From: an uncultured Haloferula sp.
GTDB lineage: Bacteria > Verrucomicrobiota > Verrucomicrobiia > Verrucomicrobiales > Akkermansiaceae
Direction: 5' to 3'
Length of the DNA stretch: 64,000 bases
NCBI GenBank assembly: GCA_965652295.1
Contig: CBFGTS010000011.1
Location: 1-64,000, forward strand
Under the pieces are notes generated by a model. The model worked only from the letters and a program-made list of their open reading frames with translations. It was not told the DNA's origin and did not search any database. This document shows, one piece after another, positions 20,013 to 29,840 of the stretch; position 1 is the first letter of the stretch; each line of letters opens with the position of its first letter. A program made the position numbers and the translations under genes.

Positions 20013-21239
20013 CTACCTGCGCTCCAGGCGGGCGGCGAAGGCACCGTCGGTCTGGTCTCGGTGGGGCAATACCTGCCGGGTCTCGACGAGGGCGAGATCG
20101 GGATGGGTGGCAAGGAAGGCTTGCACCAGCTCCTCGTTTTCCTCGGGCTCGATGGAACAGGTGGAATAGACGAGGCGGCCGCCGGGCTTGAGGCAGGGCA
20201 GGGCGTTTTCGAGGATCGCGGTCTGGGTGCGGGTCAGGGCGGTGATGTCCTGCGGCTGGAGACGCCAACGGACGTCGACGCGGCGACGAAAGACCCCGGT
20301 ATTGGAGCAGGGGACATCCAGAAGGATGGCGTCGAACGTTCCATGCCATTCCGCGGGCGCAGGCTGGGTCCAATCGTGGCAGGCGATGCTTTCGGGGACG
20401 ATGTGGAGACGCTCGAGGTTCTCGCGCAGGCGCGGGAGGCGCTTTTCGTTGGAATCGGTGCAGACGAGGTGCTCGCCGCTGCCTTGGGCGGCGGCGATGA
20501 GGAAGGCTTTTCCGCCGGGGGCGGCGCACGCGTCGAGGATGCGCTCGCCGGCCCGGGGATCGAGAAGCTCGACGCAGTGGCGGGTCGCGGGGTCGGTGAT
20601 GTAGATAGCACCGCTGGCGAGGAGGTCGCGGGGGACGGCTCCCTCGATTTGGAAGTATCCTTCCGGGAGGTCCGCGGAAGTGCCGGGCACCGGGTGGTCG
20701 GTGGCTACCGGGGCAAGAGGATTGAGCCGCGCGATGGTGGGAGCGGGCCGGTTGTTGAAGGCCATCAGATCGGCGGCTTCGGCCGCGCCGAACTGCTTTT
20801 TCCAGCGGTTGTAGAGCCAGTCGGGGTGGGAAAAGGCGATGGAGGGGGGCAGCTCGGAAAGGTCGAGGAGCTGCTTGCGGGTGGCCACGGCCTTGCGCAT
20901 GACGGCGTTGATCAGGCCGCGGACGGGCGACTTGCCGAGGTTGACGGTTTCGAAGACGGCGGCGTGGTCGGGGAGCTGGAGAATGAGGAGCTGGCAGAGC
21001 CCGACGCGGAGAATGTCGCGGGTTTCGTGGTCGAGCTTGCCTTTCCGCAGGTGGCCGATCCACTCGTCGAGCAGCCGGCGGTGGCGCAGCACCCCGAGGA
21101 CGATGGCGTTGAGCAGGGCGCGGTCGGGCGCGGAGAGCTCGTTGCGCGAGGCGTGGCGCTCGATGAGGTTTTCCGCGTAGGCATGGCCCTTGGCCCAGGC
21201 ACGGAGGATCGAGACGGCGGCGCGGCGCGGGGATTTCAT
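20013..21239 (-). CDS. rsmB: 16S rRNA m5C967 methyltransferase (NusB-like N-domain plus NOL1/NOP2/Sun)
   Basis: LDACAAPGGK, LLDVPCSNTG, LVYSTCSIEPEENE. Confidence 0.92.
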   Translation of the reverse strand: MKSPRRAAVSILRAWAKGHAYAENLIERHASRNELSAPDRALLNAIVLGVLRHRRLLDEWIGHLRKGKLDHETRDILRVGLCQLLILQLPDHAAVFETVNLGKSPVRGLINAVMRKAVATRKQLLDLSELPPSIAFSHPDWLYNRWKKQFGAAEAADLMAFNNRPAPTIARLNPLAPVATDHPVPGTSADLPEGYFQIEGAVPRDLLASGAIYITDPATRHCVELLDPRAGERILDACAAPGGKAFLIAAAQGSGEHLVCTDSNEKRLPRLRENLERLHIVPESIACHDWTQPAPAEWHGTFDAILLDVPCSNTGVFRRRVDVRWRLQPQDITALTRTQTAILENALPCLKPGGRLVYSTCSIEPEENEELVQAFLATHPDLALVETRQVLPHRDQTDGAFAARLERR

Positions 21240-21405
21240 AAATGGTGGGAACCGAAGCGGTGTCCGGGGACGATGGGATGGAAGGAAGATCCGGCCAAGA
21301 CGCAAAGAGCGTCCATGGCGGATCAAAGGAATTTCAGGTAATGAACCCTTTGGGGCCTGGCGTTTCCTCCGCTTGCGCTGAAACCCGCCTTACCGGGAAA
21401 CGAGC

Positions 21406-21951
21406 TCAGATCATCCCGAGCTTCATCTTCCCTTCCTCGGTGATCATGTCCTGGTTCCAAGCCGGGTCCCAGACGAGTTCGACGCGGGCGTCGTCGATGC
21501 CTTCGATGGTCATGATCTTGGCTTGAGCATCGGCGGCGATGACCGGACCCATGCCGCAGCCGGGGGCGGTGAGGGTCATCTTGACGTTGACGACGGTTTG
21601 GTCGTCTTCCTCGGCGATCGTGCAGTCGTAGACGAGTCCGAGGTTGACGATGTCGACGGGAATCTCGGGATCGTAGACGCTCTTCAGCTGGGCCCACACC
21701 TGGTCTTCGACGGGCGCGTCCTTGAGGGCATTGGCCTCGGCCTTTTTCTCCTTCTCGGCTTCGAGGTCGATGCCCATGGCATCGGTATCCTTCGAAGAAA
21801 TCCGGGCGAGACCGGCGGAGGTGGCGACGGTGAAGGTGCCGCCGAGGCGCTGGGTGATGTAAACCGGCGTGCCGGCGGGCAGCGTGATGGCATCCCCGCT
21901 GGGGATCTGGATGGCTTCGACTTCGCGCTGGAGCGTGATTTCCTCTTGCAT
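21406..21951 (-). CDS. sufT: Fe-S cluster assembly protein SufT (DUF59)
   Basis: YDPEIPVDIVNLGLVY, MTLTAPGCGMGP, LVWDPAW. Confidence 0.92.
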   Translation of the reverse strand: MQEEITLQREVEAIQIPSGDAITLPAGTPVYITQRLGGTFTVATSAGLARISSKDTDAMGIDLEAEKEKKAEANALKDAPVEDQVWAQLKSVYDPEIPVDIVNLGLVYDCTIAEEDDQTVVNVKMTLTAPGCGMGPVIAADAQAKIMTIEGIDDARVELVWDPAWNQDMITEEGKMKLGMI

Positions 21952-22024
21952 GGGGCGATTCTAGGCAAGCGCGGGCCGGGTGCAAGCGCTTGCGGCGGGA
22001 GGGAAACCGGGCATGCTGCGGGAG

Positions 22025-23593
22025 ATGAGCCGAAGGGCGAGACGACGGGCAGGTAAGGGATCGCGCAGGCCGACCGGGCTGAAGCTGGTCCTGTGGACCG
22101 GCGCGCTGGCGTTGGTGGTGATGCTGGGCGCGTGGGTGTGGCTCCGCCAATGGCTGCACAGCGATGATTTCCGCCACATGCTGGAGGCGGAGGCGGGGAA
22201 AGGCATGCACGCGGAGGCGGTCTTCGGTCCTTTCCAGTGGGATGGAACGGTGGTGCGCACGCCGTCCTTCCAGGCGGAGGGGCGGCTGGCGGTGCGCAGG
22301 GTGGAGGCGGCGAATCTCTCATTGGACATCGGGCTGGGAAAAGTCCGCCAGGGGGTGGTGCAACTCCGGGATGGAAAGATCGGCCGGCTGCTGGTGGAGA
22401 TCGATCCGGGAGCTGGCGAGCCTACCGCGCCGCTGCCGCAGGGTGCCGGCGTGCCGAAGAAGAAGCCGGAGAAGTGGTATGACGCCTTCACGCCCGACGA
22501 GGTGGAGCTGACCGGTCTCGACATCGGCGAGTCGGCGCTGCGGGTGCATCTTGAGGAAGGACCGTTTTCGCTCGAAGGCGCGCGCTGGGCGGTGCGGCCG
22601 GGCCAGGCGAAGGGCACCTACGAAGCGATCGGAACCGGTGGCACCGTGCGTTTCCCCTGGGAGGAGGCGCCCGTGCTGCGGATGGAGCGGACGTCGCTGC
22701 GTTATCAGGACCAGACGGTGTTCCTGACCGAGGCGCTTTTCCGCCTCTACGATCGGGCGCAGCTGAGCCTCACCGGTCAGGCCGCGTTGGAGGGCGGGGG
22801 CTATGCTTTCGATGGCGAGCTGCGCGATGTCGATCTGGCGCAGGTGCTGTCGGAGGACTGGAAACGGAAGCTCGAAGGCCAGTTCGACGCGACGTTCAGC
22901 GTGCTCAAGGGTGAGGGCGACCCGGCCGTCAACGGTCGGGTGGAGATCGAACGCGGCGTGCTGACCGGCCTGCCGGTGCTGGATGCGCTGGGTGCCTACG
23001 GCGGGAATCCGCGTTTCCGTCGGCTGGCGCTGACCGAGGCGTCCTCGGATTTCCTCAGAAAGGACGGCGGCCTGTGGCTGAGCCATCTGGTGCTGGCGAG
23101 CGAAGGGCTGATCCGGGTGGAAGGGGATCTTGGGATTGGTCCTGAGGGTCAGCTCAGCGGGCTCATCCGCCTGGGCCTGACGCCGGGGACGCTGGCCTTG
23201 ATCCCGGGTGCGGAAACGAAGGTGTTCCTCCCCGGCGAACGCGGCTTGTTGTGGACCACCGTGCGCCTGTCCGGGACCACCGAGGATCCCGAGGAGGATC
23301 TCACGGAAAGGCTGATTGCGGCGGCGGGCTTGCGGATGTTCGAGATCCTGCCGGAGACCGGCGAGCAGGTGCTGAAGTTCACCCGCGAGGCCGCCTCGCC
23401 GGAGATGCTGCGGGCGTTGACGGAGAACCCGGAGCTGTTCGATCAAGGCACCGACCTGATCGAACGGACCAAGCACGCGCTCGATGGCGAGGGCGATCCG
23501 ATCGACGAGGCGACGAAGATCCTGCGCGACGGAAAGGACCTGCTGGATACGGGCAGGAGCTTGTTAGATAGCATTCGCGGCTCCGGCGATTGA
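22025..23593 (+). CDS. Hypothetical membrane-anchored AsmA-like beta-rich protein
   Basis: Basic N-terminus plus TM helix and a long amphipathic beta region; AsmA-likeness is inference. Confidence 0.65.
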   Translation: MSRRARRRAGKGSRRPTGLKLVLWTGALALVVMLGAWVWLRQWLHSDDFRHMLEAEAGKGMHAEAVFGPFQWDGTVVRTPSFQAEGRLAVRRVEAANLSLDIGLGKVRQGVVQLRDGKIGRLLVEIDPGAGEPTAPLPQGAGVPKKKPEKWYDAFTPDEVELTGLDIGESALRVHLEEGPFSLEGARWAVRPGQAKGTYEAIGTGGTVRFPWEEAPVLRMERTSLRYQDQTVFLTEALFRLYDRAQLSLTGQAALEGGGYAFDGELRDVDLAQVLSEDWKRKLEGQFDATFSVLKGEGDPAVNGRVEIERGVLTGLPVLDALGAYGGNPRFRRLALTEASSDFLRKDGGLWLSHLVLASEGLIRVEGDLGIGPEGQLSGLIRLGLTPGTLALIPGAETKVFLPGERGLLWTTVRLSGTTEDPEEDLTERLIAAAGLRMFEILPETGEQVLKFTREAASPEMLRALTENPELFDQGTDLIERTKHALDGEGDPIDEATKILRDGKDLLDTGRSLLDSIRGSGD

Positions 23594-23623
23594 CCTGAGG
23601 CTACGTGGAGCGCCGATGATTAA

Positions 23624-23650
23624 TAGGAGGTGGGACGCCCCCGTCCCACA
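23624..23650 (+). repeat. REP-like element TAGGAG-GTGGGACG-CCCC-CGTCCCAC
   Basis: One mismatch to 46771-46797. Confidence 0.8.
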
Positions 23651-23931
23651 ACCCCAGTAGTCCGCGACTTCTGCCTCTCATTGACGAGGAAGTCTACACG
23701 ACGCCTCCGGGTCGGGGAGGAGGGGAGAGCGGTGCCTTGATTCGAGGCCGGAAGCGTTACGGATGTTTGCTGGTCGCGTGGGGGCGTGTGGGTAGCTCAA
23801 GCAATCGTGTCGTGCGATGAAGACGGAGACGGGTCGCTCGGGGCGTGCGGGCTGCTCGCTCGGGTGGAGTCTGTTGGCCGGGGAAGGTGTCCGGCTGACC
23901 GGGTGCGAAGTCGGATTTCAGAAACGGCCGC

Positions 23932-24474
23932 TCACTGGATGCTCAGCTTCCGGCCTTTGCCGGATTTCCAGGCGCGGGTGACGCTCTTGAAAAGGGCGTC
24001 GAGGTCGGCGCGATCGAGGATGCGGTATTCCGCCATGCCGGCGTGGGTGGTGCCGGGGTAGCTCTTCTGCGCCATGTTGTGGGCTTCCACTCCGATCTTT
24101 CCGGCGGCGCGGTCGGCCAGTTCCTTGCCGCGCTCGGCGATGCGGGTGACCGCGCTGCGGTTGGTGGCCTCGGCGAGGGGCTGGATGTAGTAGAAACGGG
24201 CGATCGCACGGCCGTGGGTGTCGATGTTCACCTCGCTCACGATCAAGCTGCCATCAAGCAGGTATTCCTGCATGCTGACGGACGAAATCCGATCGAGTGC
24301 CACGAGGTAGGTGCCGCCGGGAACCGAGGCTTCCCAGAACCGGCGGTCGCCTTCGGCGTCGGTGACATTCTCGTTTTCGCCCGTTTCGCCGGTGTCCTGG
24401 CCGTCAGGGGCCTGCTGGGCGGACAAGGGGAGGAGAAGGCCGGCGAAGAACAACAGGGCGAGCACGCATTTCAT
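23932..24474 (-). CDS. Hypothetical secreted protein
   Basis: Signal peptide MKCVLALLFFAGLLLPLSA; globular mature region. Confidence 0.8.
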   Translation of the reverse strand: MKCVLALLFFAGLLLPLSAQQAPDGQDTGETGENENVTDAEGDRRFWEASVPGGTYLVALDRISSVSMQEYLLDGSLIVSEVNIDTHGRAIARFYYIQPLAEATNRSAVTRIAERGKELADRAAGKIGVEAHNMAQKSYPGTTHAGMAEYRILDRADLDALFKSVTRAWKSGKGRKLSIQ

Positions 24475-24577
24475 CGCGCCACTAGACATGATTCCCTTCG
24501 GGAACGCCAGCCAAGGACGTGTTCGTTCGGAAAACTTAAGTATTGATGTCGGGGCGTGGTGCCGTATCGCTTGGGGC

Positions 24578-25042
24578 ATGGTCCGGTATCGCCCGAATGT
24601 CGCCGGTTTGATGGTCCGCCCGCAGGGTCAGCTGCTCATTTGTGAGCGCTGGCAGGTTCCGGGTGCGTGGCAGTTTCCCCAAGGCGGGGTGGACGAGGGC
24701 GAGACGCTGGAAGAAGCGCTGTGTCGGGAGGTCCGTGAGGAAATCGGCCTGCGGAGGCGGGATTACGACATCATCAAGTCGCTTGGCGGCTACTGCTACC
24801 TGTATCCGGATGAGGTCCGCGGAAAGAAGGTGAAGAAGCATGGCTGCCACGGGCAGGAGCAGACGTATTTCCTGTGTGAAGTGCTGCCGGGCGCACCGGA
24901 GATCGATACCGACCAGAAACCGCGCGAATTCGGTCGCCATCGCTGGATCTGGCCGGACGAGTTCGATCTCGACTGGCTGCCGGAGTTCAAGCGGGAGGTC
25001 TACCGGCAGGTGATGCAGGATTTTTTTGCGGTGAGGCTTTAG
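24578..25042 (+). CDS. NUDIX hydrolase, RppH-like
   Basis: YRPNVA, WQFPQGGVDEGE...REVREEIG Nudix box, GQEQTYF, FKREVY. Confidence 0.9.
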   Translation: MVRYRPNVAGLMVRPQGQLLICERWQVPGAWQFPQGGVDEGETLEEALCREVREEIGLRRRDYDIIKSLGGYCYLYPDEVRGKKVKKHGCHGQEQTYFLCEVLPGAPEIDTDQKPREFGRHRWIWPDEFDLDWLPEFKREVYRQVMQDFFAVRL

Positions 25043-25046
25043 GAGG

Positions 25047-25108
25047 GGAGAGCCGGTCTTCAGACCGGCATCCACTTCAAACCCAGCCGGTCTGAAGACC
25101 GGCGCTCC
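25047..25108. repeat. Inverted REP doublet (REPIN-like) GGAGxGCCGGTCTTCAGACCGGC
   Basis: Copies at 25047-25069 (+) and 25086-25108 (-) between convergent genes. Confidence 0.85.
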
Positions 25109-25123
25109 TGTACCTGCTTTTCC

Positions 25124-25693
25124 TCAACGGAGTCCGAGAAGCCGGAGGTCGGACGCGCCGAGTTCCCGCCACTGCCCCACGGGGAGGTCGCCGAGTTCGA
25201 GGGCACCGATGGCGATGCGGATGAGCCGCAGGGTGGGGTGGCCGATCGCGGCGGTCATGCGGCGGACCTGGCGGTTCTTGCCTTCCGTGAGGGTCAGCGA
25301 GATCCAACGGTCGGGGATTTCCTTGCGGACACGGATGGGAGGATCGCGAGGCGGAAGGTCGGGCTGGGGATTGAGGAGGGCGGCCATCGCCGGAGCACAG
25401 CGGTGGCCCTTGATTTCGATGGTCCCTGCACCGAGCTGAAGGATGGCTTCGGCGGAGGGGATGCCCTCGGCCTGGGCGAGGTAGGTCTTTGGCTGCTTCG
25501 AGCGGGGATGGAGCAGGCGATCGACGAGGGCCTTCTCATCGCTGAGGAGGAGCAGGCCTTCGGAGTCGCGGTCGAGTCGGCCAATGGGCCAGACGTTCGT
25601 TGGAAAGCCGAACTCGGCGAGCGTGCGCTGCCCGGGCTGATCGGGGGTGAACTGGCTGAGCACGTCGTAGGGCTTGTGGAAGGCGAGGAGCAT
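25124..25693 (-). CDS. rluE: RsuA-family pseudouridine synthase, RluE-like
   Basis: KPYDVLSQFT, GRLDRDSEGLLLL, RDPPIR, EGKNRQVRRMTAAIGHPTLRLIR. Confidence 0.88.
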   Translation of the reverse strand: MLLAFHKPYDVLSQFTPDQPGQRTLAEFGFPTNVWPIGRLDRDSEGLLLLSDEKALVDRLLHPRSKQPKTYLAQAEGIPSAEAILQLGAGTIEIKGHRCAPAMAALLNPQPDLPPRDPPIRVRKEIPDRWISLTLTEGKNRQVRRMTAAIGHPTLRLIRIAIGALELGDLPVGQWRELGASDLRLLGLR

Positions 25694-25926
25694 CGGGCGG
25701 AGGAAGCTTCATGGACGATGCCCCTCCGCGGCAAGCGCTCCCGCCGCCGCGTGGCCGAGAGCCAAACTTTCACCACCCATCCATCATCTGCGTCCAGCGG
25801 CGAGCATCTGCGGTTGTTCTCCTTTCCGGAGTGATGGGGCGGGCTGCGTGAGACTCGAACGGATCGGGGTGGGGAGAGAGGTTGGAGGGCCCGGTCCGGC
25901 GGTCGGTGCCCGCCGCTCCTTGGGGG

Positions 25927-26370
25927 TCAAGCGGAGCGGATCAGGGCCAGCTTCAGGGTGCCGGTGCGGATCTTCGCGGCGGGGAGAATGCCGGGCTGGG
26001 AAAGGTCGGCGGCCTGGTGGATTGCGATCCGGCCGGTGCCGTTGACGGATTCCCCTCCGGAGATCTGGCCGGTGAGGACGACCGAGGAGAGGCCGTCTGC
26101 GGTGACGAAAACCACGTCAAAGACGCGCTGGGGCGGATTCCCTTGAATCGATGGCACTTCGCGCCAGACGACAGGCGCTTTCCAGGTCCCGTTTTCCAGA
26201 TGGAGGGTGGCAGCCCACGAGTCGCCATCCGCGTGCAGGCAGAGGACGGCTGGAATGGCTTCTTCTTCGAAGCGTACGGCCGTCACGTAAGTACCCTCGA
26301 AGGGATCCGATGCCTGTGTCGGCGCGGACAGCAGGAGCGCTGAAAGACCACATGAAAGAAAGGTTTTCAT
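25927..26370 (-). CDS. Hypothetical secreted protein
   Basis: Signal peptide MKTFLSCGLSALLLSAPTQA. Confidence 0.65.
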   Translation of the reverse strand: MKTFLSCGLSALLLSAPTQASDPFEGTYVTAVRFEEEAIPAVLCLHADGDSWAATLHLENGTWKAPVVWREVPSIQGNPPQRVFDVVFVTADGLSSVVLTGQISGGESVNGTGRIAIHQAADLSQPGILPAAKIRTGTLKLALIRSA

Positions 26371-26475
26371 AGTGGTTTCGACGGGATTCCAGCGTGTCTA
26401 TTCGAAGGACGGGCGGGTGAGTGGGCCCGGATGGAAGGGAACCCCGGATGGACGGTGTTCAGGGATCTGTTGAGG

Positions 26476-27948
26476 TCACCGCCGCTTTTTGCCGCCGCCG
26501 AGGCCTTTGAGGAGGCTGTCGATGTCGCCGAGGTCGCCGAGCTGGCTCATGTCGGGCATGCCGCCGCCTTTGCCGCCCATACCCGGGAAGCCGGGAAAGC
26601 CGCCTTTTCCGCCGCCCATTCCCCCCATGCCGGGCATGCCTCCCATCATCTTCTTCATCTTGTTCGGGGAACGCATCATCTTGCGCATCTCGCCGAACTG
26701 CTTGAGCAGGCGGTTGACCTCGATGATGTCGGCACCGGCACCGGCGGCGATGCGCCGGCGGCGGGAGGCTTTGATGATTTCCGGCCGGCGGCGCTCGTCG
26801 GGGGTCATCGAAAGTACGATGGCTTCCGTACGTTTCATGCGCTTGGGGTCGAAGGCGGCGTCGGGGAGCTGCTTCTTGATCTTGCTGAAGCCGGGCATGA
26901 GGCCCATGAGGCCTTTCATGTCGCCGAGCTTGCCGATCATTTTCATCTGATCGAGGAAGTCGTAGAAATCGAACTGACCGGAGGCGAGGCGCTCCATCGA
27001 CTTCATGGCGTCCTTCTCGTCGATGCGGGCGGCGACCTGCTCGACCATGCCGACGACATCGCCCATGCCGAGGATGCGGTCGGCCATGCGGTCGGGGTGG
27101 AACTCGAAGAGCTGGTCGAGTTTTTCGCCCTCGCCGACGTATTTGATCGGCTTGCCGGTGACGGCGCGCATGGAGAGCGCGGCACCGCCGCGGGCGTCGG
27201 AATCGAGCTTGGTGAGGACGATCCCGGTGAGGGAAACGGCTTCATCGAAGTGGCGCGCGACGGAAACCGCGCCTTGGCCGGTGGCGGCATCGGCGACGAG
27301 CAGGGTTTCCCGCGGGGCGAGGAAGCCGTGGAGGCGCTTGAGTTCCTCGACCAGGCGTTCGTCGATCTCCTGGCGGCCGGCGGTGTCGAAAATGATGACG
27401 TCGTGCGGAAGGGTGGTGGCCCAGGCGAGGGCGTCGGTGGCGACCTTGACGACATCGGTCTCCGAGGCATCCGGCGTGTAAACCGGGACGCCGACCTGAC
27501 CACCGACGGTGGCGAGCTGATCGATGGCGGCGGGGCGGTAGAGGTCGCAGGCGACGAGCAGCGGCTTGCGGCCCTCGCGCTTGAGGCGGCCGGCGAGCTT
27601 GCCGGCGGTGGTGGTCTTGCCCGCGCCGTTCAGGCCGCAGAGGAGGATGCGGGCCTCGCCTTCGAGGTCGAGGGGGACCTGATCGCCGCCGAGGAGTTCG
27701 GCGAGTTCGTCGTGGAAGATTTTGACGATCTGCTCGCCGGGTTTGACCGACTTGAGCACCTCGGCACCCATGGCCTGTTCCTTGACGTGCTCGATGAAGG
27801 TTTTGGCGACGGTGAACTCGACGTCGGCTTCAAGCAGGGCCAGACGGATCTCGCGAAGGGCGTCGGCGATGTTCTTCTCGGAGATTTTTCCAACGCCGCG
27901 GAGGTTGCGGAACGTTTTGTCGAGCGAATCGGAGAGGGTGGAGAACAT
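26476..27948 (-). CDS. ffh: Signal recognition particle protein
   Basis: ALLEADV, GAGKTTT, DTAGR, TKLDSDARGGAALS, Met/Gly-rich M domain tail. Confidence 0.98.
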   Translation of the reverse strand: MFSTLSDSLDKTFRNLRGVGKISEKNIADALREIRLALLEADVEFTVAKTFIEHVKEQAMGAEVLKSVKPGEQIVKIFHDELAELLGGDQVPLDLEGEARILLCGLNGAGKTTTAGKLAGRLKREGRKPLLVACDLYRPAAIDQLATVGGQVGVPVYTPDASETDVVKVATDALAWATTLPHDVIIFDTAGRQEIDERLVEELKRLHGFLAPRETLLVADAATGQGAVSVARHFDEAVSLTGIVLTKLDSDARGGAALSMRAVTGKPIKYVGEGEKLDQLFEFHPDRMADRILGMGDVVGMVEQVAARIDEKDAMKSMERLASGQFDFYDFLDQMKMIGKLGDMKGLMGLMPGFSKIKKQLPDAAFDPKRMKRTEAIVLSMTPDERRRPEIIKASRRRRIAAGAGADIIEVNRLLKQFGEMRKMMRSPNKMKKMMGGMPGMGGMGGGKGGFPGFPGMGGKGGGMPDMSQLGDLGDIDSLLKGLGGGKKRR

Positions 27949-27987
27949 GGAATCGATGGAAGATGGAGGAATGGCCGATGGAAGGCG

Positions 27988-29106
27988 TTAGTTGACGGGC
28001 ATGTAGCTGCCTTCGGGATCGATGCGGAAGGTCCAGCGGAGGGGTTCCTTGACGGGTTGGCCCGTGGTGTTTTTCCAGGAAACGAGGACCTCACAGGTTT
28101 CGGTGCGCAGCGGACGGTTGACCTGCCACTGGAGCTTGCCGGCAGCCGCATCGAAGGTGGCGGGGACGAGGCCGAAGCCGGCGACCTTCATGGTCAGGGT
28201 GGCGGGGTCGAGGTCCGTCACTTCGGAAAGGTTGACGCTGAGGAGCGGGGTGCGGCTTTCGATCATGGCTCCCGGTTCCGGGGAGACGGGGTGGGGAAGC
28301 GGTCGGGACGAGAGCAGGGGTGAGCTGCCCGCGGCACCCGCGCCGAAACGGACGGCGAGATCGAAGATATGATCGTGGGTGCCGAGCACGACGTAGCGCG
28401 GAAGCTGGAGGTCATCGCTATCGCGCGTGATTTTGTCGGGAATGACCGTGAAAAGGTGCCGGTAGCCAAGTTCATGGGCGATCGGATACATCTCCTGCGT
28501 ATGGAAGCCGCCGGGATAGGCATAGGTGGTGATCGGTTGCTTGAAACCGGCTTCGAGGAATTCCTTCGACGCGCCGAACTCGGTGCGAAGGAATTTTTCA
28601 TATGCCTCGGGGCCTTCGCCCCGGTGCTGTTTGACGGTGGCGGGGTAGGGGTGGGAAACGGAGTGGGAGCCGAGGTAGGCACCGTTTTCCTGCATTTCCG
28701 CGATCATGGCCGAGGTGAGGGCCTTGCCGCCGCCGTCGATGTAGTTTTTGTAAAGGAAGAGGGTGAAGGGGTAACCGAACTCCTTGAGCACCGGATAGGC
28801 GTCGGTGTAGACGGATTTCCAGCCGTCATCGATGGTGATCACGGCGCACTGCTTCGGCAGGGAGCTTTCGCCGCGGCGCCAGGCCTCGAAGTCCTGCATG
28901 GGCACCACGGGAATGCCGAGGTCCTTGAGGGTCTGCATCTGTTGGCGGAACTTCGAGGTGCGGATGCGCATCTCGGTCTGCGGCTCGGTCTCCGAGAAAT
29001 CGTGGTAGCCGAGCACCGCGACGCGCACGCCGTCATCGCCCGCCGGCAGGGGGACGGCAAGGAGCCCTCCGGTGGCGAGTGCGAGGAAGAGAAGGACGCG
29101 GTGCAT
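27988..29106 (-). CDS. Secreted polysaccharide deacetylase (NodB/CE4) with C-terminal Ig-like domain
   Basis: YHDF, ITIDDG, GSHSVSH, YAYPGG. Confidence 0.92.
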   Translation of the reverse strand: MHRVLLFLALATGGLLAVPLPAGDDGVRVAVLGYHDFSETEPQTEMRIRTSKFRQQMQTLKDLGIPVVPMQDFEAWRRGESSLPKQCAVITIDDGWKSVYTDAYPVLKEFGYPFTLFLYKNYIDGGGKALTSAMIAEMQENGAYLGSHSVSHPYPATVKQHRGEGPEAYEKFLRTEFGASKEFLEAGFKQPITTYAYPGGFHTQEMYPIAHELGYRHLFTVIPDKITRDSDDLQLPRYVVLGTHDHIFDLAVRFGAGAAGSSPLLSSRPLPHPVSPEPGAMIESRTPLLSVNLSEVTDLDPATLTMKVAGFGLVPATFDAAAGKLQWQVNRPLRTETCEVLVSWKNTTGQPVKEPLRWTFRIDPEGSYMPVN

Positions 29107-29276
29107 GGCGCGGAGAGAATGGGCGAGGCGCTAGTGTTCCGAAAGCGGGAATTTCGAGAGGAACGCGGGGTGTCGGTGGGCTTTTGATGGAATGGGGAGG
29201 GCTGCGGCTCTGGGAAATCCGTGACTTCGTTTGACCGGAGGGGGAGGCGGTGGATAGCTTGGCGCGGGAAATCCGC

Positions 29277-29840
29277 ATGAAATGTCCGCGCTGTGTCCAA
29301 GTCATCCATCGGGGAGCCGGTGTCTGCCCGCATTGTGCGTTTTCGCTCCCGGCGGCGGATGCGCTGTATGGGATGGAGGGACCGGAAATGCCGCTGCTGG
29401 ACGATCGGGCGGGCCTGATGACGAAGCTGGGGCGCGATCACGTCCAGCGGGCGATGGATCATTTCGAGCGGAAGTTTCCCCAGCTGTGGTTCTCGATCCA
29501 CAGCGGCCGCCCCGCGGCGGGAGGGGACTTGCGTCAGTATGGCTTCTGGCTGCTGAACCGCGCGCGGCTGACGGACTTGCAGGAAGGTCGCCCGCGCGAG
29601 GGCGGCATTCTGCTGGTGATCGATCCGGACACGAAGCAGGCCGGAATGACTTGGGGTTACCGGCTTGATGGGCACCTCGGCGAAGATGATACGTTTCTGG
29701 CGATGAGCCGGGCCCATGCCTACTGGGTGGAGGGCCGTTACGAGGATGGCATCGTGAGGGCGATTCAGGAAATCACGCGGGTGCTGATCAAGCGCGCCCG
29801 CCGGGCCAAGCGTCTGGGAGCGAGAGGAGGTGTCGCATGA
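29277..29840 (+). CDS. TPM-domain protein with N-terminal zinc ribbon
   Basis: CPRC...CPHC; LLNR, GILLVID, GYRLDGHL...GIVRAI TPM-like pattern. Confidence 0.75.
   Translation: MKCPRCVQVIHRGAGVCPHCAFSLPAADALYGMEGPEMPLLDDRAGLMTKLGRDHVQRAMDHFERKFPQLWFSIHSGRPAAGGDLRQYGFWLLNRARLTDLQEGRPREGGILLVIDPDTKQAGMTWGYRLDGHLGEDDTFLAMSRAHAYWVEGRYEDGIVRAIQEITRVLIKRARRAKRLGARGGVA

Noticed and set aside
23660..23930. 270-bp intergenic stretch between convergent genes as possible ncRNA or small ORF
   Set aside because: No strong stems, recurring motif or codon-biased ORF that I could support.
26480..26650. Repetitive GCC/CAT-rich DNA at the ffh 3' end
   Set aside because: Encodes the ordinary Gly/Met-rich tail of Ffh.
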